This document shows positions 10,085 to 19,256 of a stretch of 64,000 nucleotides of DNA, piece by piece (the stretch's first letter is position 1; each line of letters begins with the position of its first letter). The translations under genes were made by a program, and so were the position numbers. The stretch is from Spirochaetota bacterium. Its GTDB lineage: Bacteria; Spirochaetota; UBA4802; UB4802. The stretch spans positions 25,512-89,511 of the forward strand of contig JBBFLA010000005.1 of the NCBI GenBank assembly GCA_037481795.1, written 5' to 3'. Below the pieces are notes generated by a model that saw only the letters and a list, made by a program, of their open reading frames with translations, was not told where the DNA came from and did not search any database.

Positions 10085-11002
10085 ATGATTATGAAAAAAT
10101 TTGCATTAATAGTTGTTTTCATCCTGCTGGCTATTGCTATATATCCCAATGGTGGCGACTACCTTACGGTAACGCTGGTAAGCCCAAAATTATCCTATGA
10201 TGAAAACGACGATGTCATTGTATATTGCATTGTGCATAACATCGCAGGTGTACCTGTTGAATTTACTGTGTATGATGCTCCCTATACCACATTTCAACCT
10301 GTGGTATATTCATTTGACGGCAAAGAAGCCCCTTTAAAAGTTGAATACCGATTGAAAAACATCCCAACAGCACAAATTCTTACCAATGAGCAGGGGCGAA
10401 AAATAATATTACAGCCTGATGAAAAGTTTGTGTATACAGCATATTGCAATAACTTCTATGCATTTACAAAAAATGAAAAATACAGGATAAAAGCGTATTT
10501 TTATCCAGATGCAAAGGATGATTTTGTTATAAAATCTGCTAATGAATTAACTATTACTATTCTACCAGTACCACAGTTTGCCATGCGTACGGGGATTATC
10601 AAACATGAACGCAAAGTGACCCCTTCAGAAGTGGTTATGCTGGCATTAATGGCCGAAAAGAACAAACAGTGGGGAAATGTTGTTAAATACATAAATATAG
10701 AAAAATTTATTTATGCCTATTCAGAATTTGCCAAGCGATATTCAACAACAAATGATTACGAGCGCTTGATTGTGCAGCAGGATTTTATTAATTTTATTAC
10801 GAAGGAACGTTCTGATTATTTGATTGACTTTTCCATAATTGGAGAGCAGATAATACCCCAGACCAATGTGGCGTATGTTGATGTTAAGGTTAAACGGTGG
10901 GGGCCACGGTTCCCTGCAATAATGAAATACAGGTATACTCTGGAACCGTATAAGGATTTATGGGTGATAGTTAATTTAGATGCTTCGATAGTTAAGGAAT
11001 AA
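10085..11002 (+). CDS. hypothetical secreted protein, ends 4 nt before fliM
   Basis: 305-aa ORF with an N-terminal signal-like hydrophobic segment. No motif recognised. Confidence 0.65.
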   Translation: MIMKKFALIVVFILLAIAIYPNGGDYLTVTLVSPKLSYDENDDVIVYCIVHNIAGVPVEFTVYDAPYTTFQPVVYSFDGKEAPLKVEYRLKNIPTAQILTNEQGRKIILQPDEKFVYTAYCNNFYAFTKNEKYRIKAYFYPDAKDDFVIKSANELTITILPVPQFAMRTGIIKHERKVTPSEVVMLALMAEKNKQWGNVVKYINIEKFIYAYSEFAKRYSTTNDYERLIVQQDFINFITKERSDYLIDFSIIGEQIIPQTNVAYVDVKVKRWGPRFPAIMKYRYTLEPYKDLWVIVNLDASIVKE

Positions 11003-11005
11003 TCT

Positions 11006-12028
11006 ATGACAGAGATACTTTCACAGGATGAAATTGATGCCCTATTAACTGCCATCTCAACAGGAGAGGCGGATACAACAGATTACACTGCTGTAAAAGA
11101 ACAGCGGAAGGTCAAAATCTATGATTTCAGACGACCTGACAAGTTTTCCAAAGACCAGATACGCACGCTGCAGATGATGCATGAAACATTTGCGCGTTTG
11201 ACCACCACTGCTCTGTCAGCACAATTACGAGCGCTTGTCAGTGTACACGTTGCTTCGGTTGACCAGCTTACCTATGAAGAATTCATCCGTTCCATACCCA
11301 ATCCAACTACCCTGGCTGTAATTAATATGGACCCTCTGAAAGGTTCTGCGGTACTGGAAATAGACCCTTCAATTACCTTTACTATAATAGATAAACTATT
11401 TGGCGGTACGGGTGAATCCACCAAGATTAGCCGTGAACTGACCGACATTGAGCTATCGGTTATGGAAGGCATTATAGTGAGAATACTTGGAAATCTTCGT
11501 GAAGCATGGTCAAATGTAATAGATTTGCGACCACGCCTTGGCAATATTGAAACCAACCCTCAGTTTGCCCAGATTGTACCGCCCAATGACATGGTAGTTC
11601 TTGTGACACTGGAAACAAAGGTGGGCGAAGTTGAAGGGATGATGAACCTGTGTATACCATACATTACCATTGAACCGGTTATTTCAAAATTATCTGCTCA
11701 GTATTGGTATTCAAGTATCCGTAAAGGAGCAACTGATGAAAACGCTGCAATTATTCAAAGCCGTCTTGAAGCAGTTGAGTTGCCCATAGTTGTTGAAGTT
11801 GGTGAAGTGGAAATAACCATGGAAGAATTGCTTGCTATTCAGGCAGGTGATGTTATTAAGCTGCCCAATACAAAGATTAATTCAGACATGATATTGAAAG
11901 TAGGCGGAAGAAAGAAATATAAATGCCGCCCGGGGGTTATTGGTAACAGGGTTGCCGTGCAGATAGGCGAAAAAATAGAAGAAATCCCGGATGAACTGCT
12001 TGTCAGCAAGCGAAGTGAAGAAGAATAA
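11006..12028 (+). CDS. fliM: flagellar motor switch protein FliM
   Basis: The N-terminal LSQDEIDALL is the CheY-P binding peptide. The central FliM domain and the C-terminal SpoA-like region (VEVGEVEITMEELLAIQAGDVIKL) are both present. Confidence 0.95.
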   Translation: MTEILSQDEIDALLTAISTGEADTTDYTAVKEQRKVKIYDFRRPDKFSKDQIRTLQMMHETFARLTTTALSAQLRALVSVHVASVDQLTYEEFIRSIPNPTTLAVINMDPLKGSAVLEIDPSITFTIIDKLFGGTGESTKISRELTDIELSVMEGIIVRILGNLREAWSNVIDLRPRLGNIETNPQFAQIVPPNDMVVLVTLETKVGEVEGMMNLCIPYITIEPVISKLSAQYWYSSIRKGATDENAAIIQSRLEAVELPIVVEVGEVEITMEELLAIQAGDVIKLPNTKINSDMILKVGGRKKYKCRPGVIGNRVAVQIGEKIEEIPDELLVSKRSEEE

Positions 12029-12032
12029 CCCT

Positions 12033-13043
12033 TTATTGATTAACAACTTTATTTAAGTAAGGCAGCGGATCTACAAATTCAGTTCCAATTTTTATCTGAT
12101 AAAAACATATGTGGCGTGTAGCATTGCCGGTTTTTCCAACATAGCCAATAACTTCACCTTTAGTAACCTTTTGCCCTTCTTCAACAGTAACCCTCTGGCA
12201 ATGGGAATACACTGTAACAAAACCATATTTATGTTTAACCGATACGGACAATCCTAATTGGCTATCCCATCTTACGGATTCAACAACACCAGGCGCAGTA
12301 ACTCTGATAGGAGCACCCGGGAATGATGCTATATCCACACCTTCATGAAATTCTTTCTGGAATGTGTAGGGAGATGTCCGTATCCCATACCGTGCAATGA
12401 CAAAGCCATCAACAGGCCACATCGATGGGGTGTTTTCAATAACCTTACGCCGTTCGCGCATAAATTTCTTAATATCTTTGAGAATGTCTTTTGCAGTTTC
12501 TAAATCCTGCACCATTTCCTCAATGTTTAAAATTTCAATAGGCGGGGAAGGCTGTTCCTGTTCAACATCAATATTTTCAGACACGCCACCTTTTGCCCAC
12601 AGAGTGTCGGCCCTGTTTCCAGGTGTTAATGAATAGAGGTACGATAGTTCCGGTTTTAAACGCTGAAATATATCATATAGTTTATTAATTTCTTCTTTAT
12701 ATTTTGCAATCTGAATTTTAGAGTTTGAACCATACATCTTCAGGCGGGATACCTCTTTTATGGTAGATGTATGATTAATTATAAAAATTGATGTTAAAGT
12801 TAAAATAAGTATTAAGGATACAATAATACCTGTCAGTGCAAAAAGAGTAACATGTAAATTAACAATCTTTTTCTCTGAATGAGGAATAACCATAATGGTT
12901 AATCGCTCATTTCCCCTTTTTTTAATATATTCCCACTGCGTTAACAGTTTGTCACGAATATGACCCCACCTTGCATATAGTAGATCCTGTAGTTGTTTCT
13001 GGAGGTCACTTATATTTGATTCTTTGAACGGATTTAATCCCAT
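12033..13043 (-). CDS. membrane-anchored coiled-coil M23/LytM-domain protein (EnvC-like architecture, variant HxH motif)
   Basis: One TM segment and a coiled-coil are followed by a LytM domain with HEGVD (HxxxD) and YSH. The terminal motif reads GNATRHICFYQ rather than the usual G..TGPHLHFE. Confidence 0.85.
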   Translation of the reverse strand: MGLNPFKESNISDLQKQLQDLLYARWGHIRDKLLTQWEYIKKRGNERLTIMVIPHSEKKIVNLHVTLFALTGIIVSLILILTLTSIFIINHTSTIKEVSRLKMYGSNSKIQIAKYKEEINKLYDIFQRLKPELSYLYSLTPGNRADTLWAKGGVSENIDVEQEQPSPPIEILNIEEMVQDLETAKDILKDIKKFMRERRKVIENTPSMWPVDGFVIARYGIRTSPYTFQKEFHEGVDIASFPGAPIRVTAPGVVESVRWDSQLGLSVSVKHKYGFVTVYSHCQRVTVEEGQKVTKGEVIGYVGKTGNATRHICFYQIKIGTEFVDPLPYLNKVVNQ

Positions 13044-13673
13044 AGATTTTTTAAAACCTTTTTATATAATATTGGAAAATAAATTATGTAATATAATCCA
13101 TAAATATTATTTGTATAAAAAATGCCTGTCTATTGTAATATTCGGCTAATTATTGTCAAGTTTATTCTTTTTTTTGCTTGTACCCTGATGAACCAGTTTT
13201 CAGGAAATGAATGTAAAGTTGAAATAATATGAAATAAGTTTTATTATAAAATTAAATATTAGCTGTTTATGATGTAAATATGGAATAGAAAAGCAGTATA
13301 GCAGATAAATAATCACAGTAAAATTTTTTTAAAAAATTTCTAAAGCAAAAATTTCAGATTCCGAAATGATGATTAAGGGAAAATATGTATAAATTTTACT
13401 AAATAGATAAAAATAGGTAATATTTTAACATATTTTGCTATAAACGCTTATAAATAGATATAAATAGATATTAAAGCCTTCAATAATATACATATTGCTA
13501 CCGAACATCACAATAAGCTGTAAGGGTCTTTGAAAACGTAAATAAAGTAGCTGCAACGCCATGTACTTCATTTTTGTAAGGTATACCGTATGTCAGTTTA
13601 AAATGAGGGACAGGGGGTTGTAGTGAAATAAAAAAGGGTATTCCCTTTTTTAACAGTCACCAACCCGGTTTTA

Positions 13674-13713
13674 TCCCTGATAGGGAGATCAGGGACAATT
13701 TAACACAAAGGAG
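13674..13713 (+). promoter_or_regulatory. flaB 5-prime leader hairpin presenting GGA in its loop, plus the GGA-containing Shine-Dalgarno (candidate CsrA binding pair)
   Basis: TCCCTGAT (13674-13681) pairs perfectly with ATCAGGGA (13688-13695), leaving the loop AGGGAG. The SD AAGGAG lies at 13708-13713, 7 nt before the ATG at 13721. Confidence 0.4.
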
Positions 13714-13720
13714 TGTGTGT

Positions 13721-14572
13721 ATGATTATTAACCACAATCTAACTGCCATTAACTCTAACAAGGTCCTGAAATTTAAACACTGGGACGTTGACAAGTCAAT
13801 GGAAAAGCTATCATCCGGTATGCGTATCAACCGCGCAGGAGATGATGCTTCAGGTCTGGCTGTTTCAGAAAAAATGAGAACTCAGATTCAGGGTTTGCGT
13901 CAGGCTGAACGAAATACTGAAGATGGCATGTCGTTTGTACAGACTGCTGAAGGGTATTTAAACCAGACTGCAACAATACTCCAGCGAATCAGGGTTCTGG
14001 CTGTACAGTCTTCCAACGGAATTTATACGCTTGAAGACAGACAGCTCATCCAGGTTGAGGTATCAGCTCTGGTTGATGAAATTGACCGGATTGCATCCCA
14101 GGCTGAATTCAACAAGTTCAAACTATTACTTGGTGATTTCTCACGAACCAATCCAAAAGCAAGTATGTGGTTCCATATGGGTGCCAATATGCATCAGCGT
14201 GAAAGAGTATATATTGGAACCATGACTTCATTGGGATTGAATTTACGAGAAAAAACCGGGAAGTTTTTGGCAAATCTTTCAACTGCCGAGGGTGCCAACA
14301 GAACTATTGGTATCATAGACGAAGCTTTGCAGAAGATAGCCAAACAGCGTGCTGACTTAGGTGCTTACTATAACAGGTTAGAACATGCAGCAAAAGGCTT
14401 GATGAATGCGTATGAAAACATTCAGGCATCTGAAAGCCGTATACGCGACGCTGATATGGCTGAAACAATGGTAGACTTAACCAAGGATCAAATCCTTGTA
14501 CAGAGTGGTACTGCGATGCTTGCTCAGGCAAATTTACGACCACGGACAATCTTACAGCTTTTAGGAACATAA
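13721..14572 (+). CDS. flaB: flagellin, spirochaete FlaB-type core filament protein
   Basis: [12 protein letters not shown]...[20 protein letters not shown]...[13 protein letters not shown]...YYNRLEH...DADMAETMV...[14 protein letters not shown]. There is no variable middle domain (283 aa). Start taken at the ATG at 13721, behind AAGGAG. Confidence 0.95.
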   Translation: MIINHNLTAINSNKVLKFKHWDVDKSMEKLSSGMRINRAGDDASGLAVSEKMRTQIQGLRQAERNTEDGMSFVQTAEGYLNQTATILQRIRVLAVQSSNGIYTLEDRQLIQVEVSALVDEIDRIASQAEFNKFKLLLGDFSRTNPKASMWFHMGANMHQRERVYIGTMTSLGLNLREKTGKFLANLSTAEGANRTIGIIDEALQKIAKQRADLGAYYNRLEHAAKGLMNAYENIQASESRIRDADMAETMVDLTKDQILVQSGTAMLAQANLRPRTILQLLGT

Positions 14573-14618
14573 TATAAAAACGCTGAAATGTAGCAGGGAA
14601 TACCCGCCCAAAACAATA

Positions 14619-14647
14619 TACCCGCCCAATGTGGCGGGTATTTTTAT
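14619..14647. terminator. rho-independent terminator shared by convergent flaB and the pyrophosphatase gene
   Basis: TACCCGCC (14619-14626) pairs with GGCGGGTA (14633-14640) and is followed by TTTTTATTT. ATACCCGCCCA also occurs as a direct repeat just upstream. Confidence 0.8.
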
Positions 14648-16272
14648 TTGTGCGACAGCTCTTCTAATATTCTTAAAATCTCGGGCAACAACTGTTTTTT
14701 ACGGGATAAAATGCCAGGAAGGTTGTACATATGTGGTCCACGAGGTGAAAAACTTAGCTTTTGTTCTCCAATAAAATCAGTTGAGAAAAGAATACTGTTT
14801 TGAGTTGTAATATCAGTTACCAGCAGGAGTGCCCAGTGAACATTTCTGCTTTGTGCGAAGTGGGAAAGAGCGTTTAGAAGGGATTCTTTGACACTTTCAA
14901 TATCATCAAGCGTAATAACCTCTACCTGCGATATGGCGACCGATATGCCATATTCCTGGTATATCTTGCAGTCATTGCTCACCGCATACATAGGGTCTAT
15001 AGTTTTAAGGCTTTCGGTAGATGAAAGAAGCTTCTTCCCATATTCTTCATAGTATATGCCTGCTATTGCTGACAGCTCTTCCAGTGCTTTTTTGTCAATT
15101 TGGGTGCTTGTAGGTGATAAAAGCATTGCAGTATCAGATAATATTCCGCTACATAAAAGCAATGCTATGTGAGGCTCTGGTTGAATGGCATTATATTTGT
15201 AAAGCTCATAAACCAGTGTACATGTGCTGCCTACTGGTTTAGAATACACAAATATTGGAGTAGTGGTTTTGATTGCTCCCAGGCGATGATGGTCAATGAT
15301 TTCAATGATATGTGCAGTCTCGGCACCTTCAACTGCCTGCGATAGTTCATTATGATCAACCAGTATCATTTTTTTTGCATATTGCTTAATGAGGTCAGAA
15401 CGGGTTATGATACCTGTGAGTTTACCATTGTCACATACAGGAAGTCCCCGATATTCGCTGTTTAATATTTTTTCTCGTGCCTGTTGCACAGTGCTATCAG
15501 GCAAAATAATATCTGACTTTTTCATGATGGAATGGCAGGGAATGCTTAAGGTAAGCAGGCGCAATGTATTGAATGTATCCAGTTGTGAAAGGTATACCCA
15601 GCCTGAATAGGTGGTGGTATCGTAATTAAAATCCTGAATACCGGTTACTATGATTGCAGCAAAATTATTCTTAATTGCAAATTCAATTATTGATTTTCGG
15701 TTCCCAACAATGAGTACAGTGTGATCAGGTTTGACGTTTTTTAACACATTAAGAGATTGGGCTGATTCCATTGCGCCAATAACAATATGGCCTTCAAATT
15801 CTTCATTTTGCCCCTTTTTAATGCAACGTCCGGGAATGGTAGTAATAAAATTCGCAGGCTTAAAGTAATAGAGTGGTTGAGCAGTGGAAGTAGCAGAAAA
15901 GTAAAACTCTGCCAGCTCTGCAAAGCTTACGATACCTTTATAGTAACTATCGCCACTAACAACAGGTATTATGCGCACACGGTCTTTTTCAATGTGTGTT
16001 ACTATGGAAAGCAGGGGATCGTCAGGATGCGCAGTTATGACATTGCGGGTCATTATATCGCTGACTTTAGGATATACATCTTTCAGCATTTCCGGTGGCT
16101 GGAGGTTAACCTCTTCAAAAACAAATCGTGTTTGCCTGTTTACATTGCCACAGCGGTATGCGGTGTATCGGTAATGAGGGTCAATGATGTTTTTCAGATG
16201 TGCATAGCAATATGCTGCACATATTGAATCAGTATCAGGATTTTTATGGCCAATGACAATAATCTCTTCCAT
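14644..16272 (-). CDS. CBS-domain family II (DHH/DHHA2) inorganic pyrophosphatase
   Basis: Has HKNPDTDSICAA, VDHNE and IIDHHRLG DHH motifs, with a CBS pair inserted between them and a DHHA2 C-terminus. Confidence 0.85.
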   Translation of the reverse strand: MEEIIVIGHKNPDTDSICAAYCYAHLKNIIDPHYRYTAYRCGNVNRQTRFVFEEVNLQPPEMLKDVYPKVSDIMTRNVITAHPDDPLLSIVTHIEKDRVRIIPVVSGDSYYKGIVSFAELAEFYFSATSTAQPLYYFKPANFITTIPGRCIKKGQNEEFEGHIVIGAMESAQSLNVLKNVKPDHTVLIVGNRKSIIEFAIKNNFAAIIVTGIQDFNYDTTTYSGWVYLSQLDTFNTLRLLTLSIPCHSIMKKSDIILPDSTVQQAREKILNSEYRGLPVCDNGKLTGIITRSDLIKQYAKKMILVDHNELSQAVEGAETAHIIEIIDHHRLGAIKTTTPIFVYSKPVGSTCTLVYELYKYNAIQPEPHIALLLCSGILSDTAMLLSPTSTQIDKKALEELSAIAGIYYEEYGKKLLSSTESLKTIDPMYAVSNDCKIYQEYGISVAISQVEVITLDDIESVKESLLNALSHFAQSRNVHWALLLVTDITTQNSILFSTDFIGEQKLSFSPRGPHMYNLPGILSRKKQLLPEILRILEELSHK

Positions 16273-16278
16273 AAAGAA

Positions 16279-17169
16279 TCAGTGCCCTTGCTCAAGGATT
16301 GTTATTGCTCTGGGATAGACTAAGGCTGTAATTGCATAGATTTCCCATGCAAACGTTGCAAACCCAATATACCCTAAAATGGGCATTTCAAATAATTTAA
16401 TGTGCGGGAGGATAGGAACGGTATATATCCATTTTGTTGCAGCCCAAAAGTTCCAGAATTCCCAAAAGTATCCGCATAAAAGCCCGGCAAGTATAAGTGC
16501 TAATAGTTTAGAATATTTACCCAGCACAAGCTCAGCATATAGGGAAGGACGGTTAAGGAGATAGTTAAGCGGTTCAAGAATGAAAATAAATGCCAGCCAT
16601 ATAAAACCTGCAGTAAATTCACTGTAAAACGTATTTGCAGACCATGAAAGCCAGATGAAAAGATCAGGGTCTGCTGCTCTATTTAAGTAATACATTGAGA
16701 AGGGAATTATTGGTATAAAAAGAAAGAATAACCCAATAATAAAGGACGCAATAAGAAAAGAAGATGTCAAGTGAATTTGCTTATACAGAATTTTAGGCAT
16801 GATTGTCAGTATAATCCCATACACCAGGAGGACCCCAGGGAATATTGTTGCAAATGCCCAGATATAACCAAGGTATCTGATATGCAGCGTTTGCAGTAAA
16901 CCCTGATAATGCCAGTTTGAAAAATATATGTTGAACCACTCAAACATCCACCAGGATAGTACTGAAATAAATGCTAATTTTCCCAATGCCCGGTTGTGGA
17001 TTAATGAACGATTGGTTTTAGCAAGTATCCCGTCAGTGAGCAGGATTAAACCTGTCCATAAGGTTGGGGTTGCCCATATAGTTATGATACGAATATCCAG
17101 GAATAAACATATTTGCATAAATAGTATTAATAAGATTCCTGTATAAAAATAAAATGGATACGATTTCAT
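16279..17169 (-). CDS. hypothetical polytopic membrane protein
   Basis: 296 aa with about 8 hydrophobic, aromatic-rich segments. It is 6 nt upstream of the pyrophosphatase gene. Confidence 0.65.
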   Translation of the reverse strand: MKSYPFYFYTGILLILFMQICLFLDIRIITIWATPTLWTGLILLTDGILAKTNRSLIHNRALGKLAFISVLSWWMFEWFNIYFSNWHYQGLLQTLHIRYLGYIWAFATIFPGVLLVYGIILTIMPKILYKQIHLTSSFLIASFIIGLFFLFIPIIPFSMYYLNRAADPDLFIWLSWSANTFYSEFTAGFIWLAFIFILEPLNYLLNRPSLYAELVLGKYSKLLALILAGLLCGYFWEFWNFWAATKWIYTVPILPHIKLFEMPILGYIGFATFAWEIYAITALVYPRAITILEQGH

Positions 17170-17199
17170 AAAAACTCCTTGTAACGAAAGATTAATATG

Positions 17200-18066
17200 T
17201 TACCCATGCCAGAATTCATCCAGTATTGATTTAACTGCTGCAGATTTATTTAATGGATAAAAATGAAAACCCGGTACGCCATACGATTGCAGTTCTTTAC
17301 ACTGGTTAATAGTAAATTCTATGCCTACTTTACAAACATCATCAGGGAGGGTGCATTTTTCAAGCTCTTTGAGCAATGTTACAGGCATGTCAGGATTGCA
17401 CATGGTGGTGACCTTCTGAAGTTGTGCCATATTTGTCAGGGGCATGATGCCGGGGATGATAGGAATGCTGATACCGGCTTTTGCAGTTTTTTCCATAAAG
17501 GTATAGAACTTGTCATTGTTAAAGAAAAGTTGGGTAATGATGAAATCAGCCCCTGCATCAACTTTTTTCTTCAAATTTTGAATATCAGTATCTAAATCAG
17601 GTGCTTCAATATGTCCTTCAGGATATCCAGCAACACCTATGGTAAAATGATCCATAGTACGGATAAATTCTACCAGTTCGCTGGCATATTTAAAGCCTTC
17701 AGGGTGTGGTGTGAAATGACGTTGCCCTGCCGGTGGATCGCCACGCAATGCCAGGATGTTGTTAAAACCCAGCGACTGTACATGGTTCAGATAGCTTGCA
17801 ATATCATCCCTGCTTTGTCCAACGCAGGTAAAATGAATTAATGGTTCAATTGAAAATGTGGATTTTATACGGGTTGCTATCTCTAATGTTTTTTCTCTGG
17901 TAGATCCGCCAGCACCATAGGTAACGGAGATAAAATCAGGTTTAAAGCGTACCATGACCGATAGCTCATGAAATAAATTTTCTTCCCCAATGGGAGTTTT
18001 TGGCGGAAAAACCTCAAAAGATAACAGCGGCTTTTTTTGCTGTAAACAAGTAACAATATCCATCAT
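17200..18066 (-). CDS. metF: 5,10-methylenetetrahydrofolate reductase
   Basis: SFEVFPPKT, ISVTYGAGGSTR, LRGDPP and ITQLFF motifs are colinear with MetF. Confidence 0.92.
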   Translation of the reverse strand: MMDIVTCLQQKKPLLSFEVFPPKTPIGEENLFHELSVMVRFKPDFISVTYGAGGSTREKTLEIATRIKSTFSIEPLIHFTCVGQSRDDIASYLNHVQSLGFNNILALRGDPPAGQRHFTPHPEGFKYASELVEFIRTMDHFTIGVAGYPEGHIEAPDLDTDIQNLKKKVDAGADFIITQLFFNNDKFYTFMEKTAKAGISIPIIPGIMPLTNMAQLQKVTTMCNPDMPVTLLKELEKCTLPDDVCKVGIEFTINQCKELQSYGVPGFHFYPLNKSAAVKSILDEFWHG

Positions 18067-18483
18067 GCTCTCTCACGTCTTTATAAGTTATTGCATTCCA
18101 ACGTTTAATGACAGGATAAAAGCATATCCCTGTTGTTTAATATCATGGATACATTGGAATGTGCAGAAATGTTCTAATAATAAGAAAAAAAATCAATAAT
18201 AATTGCCAAGAAATAAACCATAAATAAAGAAATAAATATTAATTTCTTGACACGCATTAAGTAATATTGCATACTATCGAAGACAGGTATGTTTGAAAAG
18301 AAGGCATTATTCAATCATATCTGTTACAACTAATACTTATTATATTAGCTATGATATCAAATTATTATTAAATTTCTTTACTTTTTTTTCCGATTATGTA
18401 TATGATATCATAGTAATATGATAGTGGTGTAGTAGAGTAATTGCGTATATTGTTCCATAATCTTTTTTATAAAGGAGTCGACA

Positions 18484-19215
18484 ATGAGAAGGGAGGTCAA
18501 AGCTTTTATATTGTCGCTTGCCATCGGTAGTCTGGTATTAATTGTCGGTGGAGGCAATATAATGGTGCAGGCGCAGGAAGCGCAGCAACCAAAGAAACAG
18601 CAAACAGGTTTGGTTGAAGACTGGATGGATGATTTTGAAGCATGTGAGGACTGGCGTGCAGCATCAACATGCCCCATAGGTGAAACAAAAATCAGGAAAA
18701 TACCTGGAAAACCCCGTCCTATAGATGATAATGGAAATGAGATCAACTATCCTGATACAATAACTGACGACAATGGGATCACTCATGAAAATAAATTTGT
18801 TCTGGGTGTTAAAACCTATTATTTAGACAGGGGATATGACAGAGTTGAGGTATTCCCGCCAAATGAATATATTATCCGAGGAAAAGCTAAAGAAGTTAAA
18901 GTATGGGCTTTGGGCAGAAAATTCAGGCATACCCTTTTTATCAAACTTCGCGATTATAAAGGGGCAATTCATAAAATTAAAATAGGAAGACTTGATTTCT
19001 GGGGATGGAGGGAATTATCTGTTGTAATCCCAGGCTGGCTGCCTCAGAGTCCAGGATATGCATTACTGGACAAGAACCTGCATTTTGTTTCCTTTTTTGT
19101 TGAAAGTGATCTTTATGAGGTTCCAGGGACATTTTATTTCTATCTTGATAATTTTAGAGTCATTACCGATCTGTCTGAATTCACTGGTGATACTAGCATC
19201 AGAGATAACTGGTAA
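18484..19215 (+). CDS. flaA: flagellar filament outer-layer (sheath) protein, FlaA family
   Basis: AAAGGAG RBS and a signal peptide. The FlaA hallmark block is present: VKVWALGRKFRHTLFIKLRDYKGAIHKIKIGRLDFWGWRELSVVIPGWLP. Confidence 0.8.
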   Translation: MRREVKAFILSLAIGSLVLIVGGGNIMVQAQEAQQPKKQQTGLVEDWMDDFEACEDWRAASTCPIGETKIRKIPGKPRPIDDNGNEINYPDTITDDNGITHENKFVLGVKTYYLDRGYDRVEVFPPNEYIIRGKAKEVKVWALGRKFRHTLFIKLRDYKGAIHKIKIGRLDFWGWRELSVVIPGWLPQSPGYALLDKNLHFVSFFVESDLYEVPGTFYFYLDNFRVITDLSEFTGDTSIRDNW

Positions 19216-19256
19216 AAAAGCATGATGACCAAATATGAGACCTCGGAGGCATTAAT

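Noticed and set aside
13539-13565. Sigma-28 promoter for flaB (TAAA-N15-GCCATGTA)
   Set aside because: The spacing fits, but the -10 element matches GCCGATAA at only 4 of 8 positions. Nearby sigma-70-like hexamers (TTGTAA ... TTTAAA) are equally weak, so the promoter is left unassigned.
18408-18746. 112-aa minus-strand ORF overlapping the flaA start
   Set aside because: It is antisense to the signal peptide and N-terminus of a FlaA-family gene with a strong RBS. It is Cys/Ser-rich and looks like a shadow ORF.
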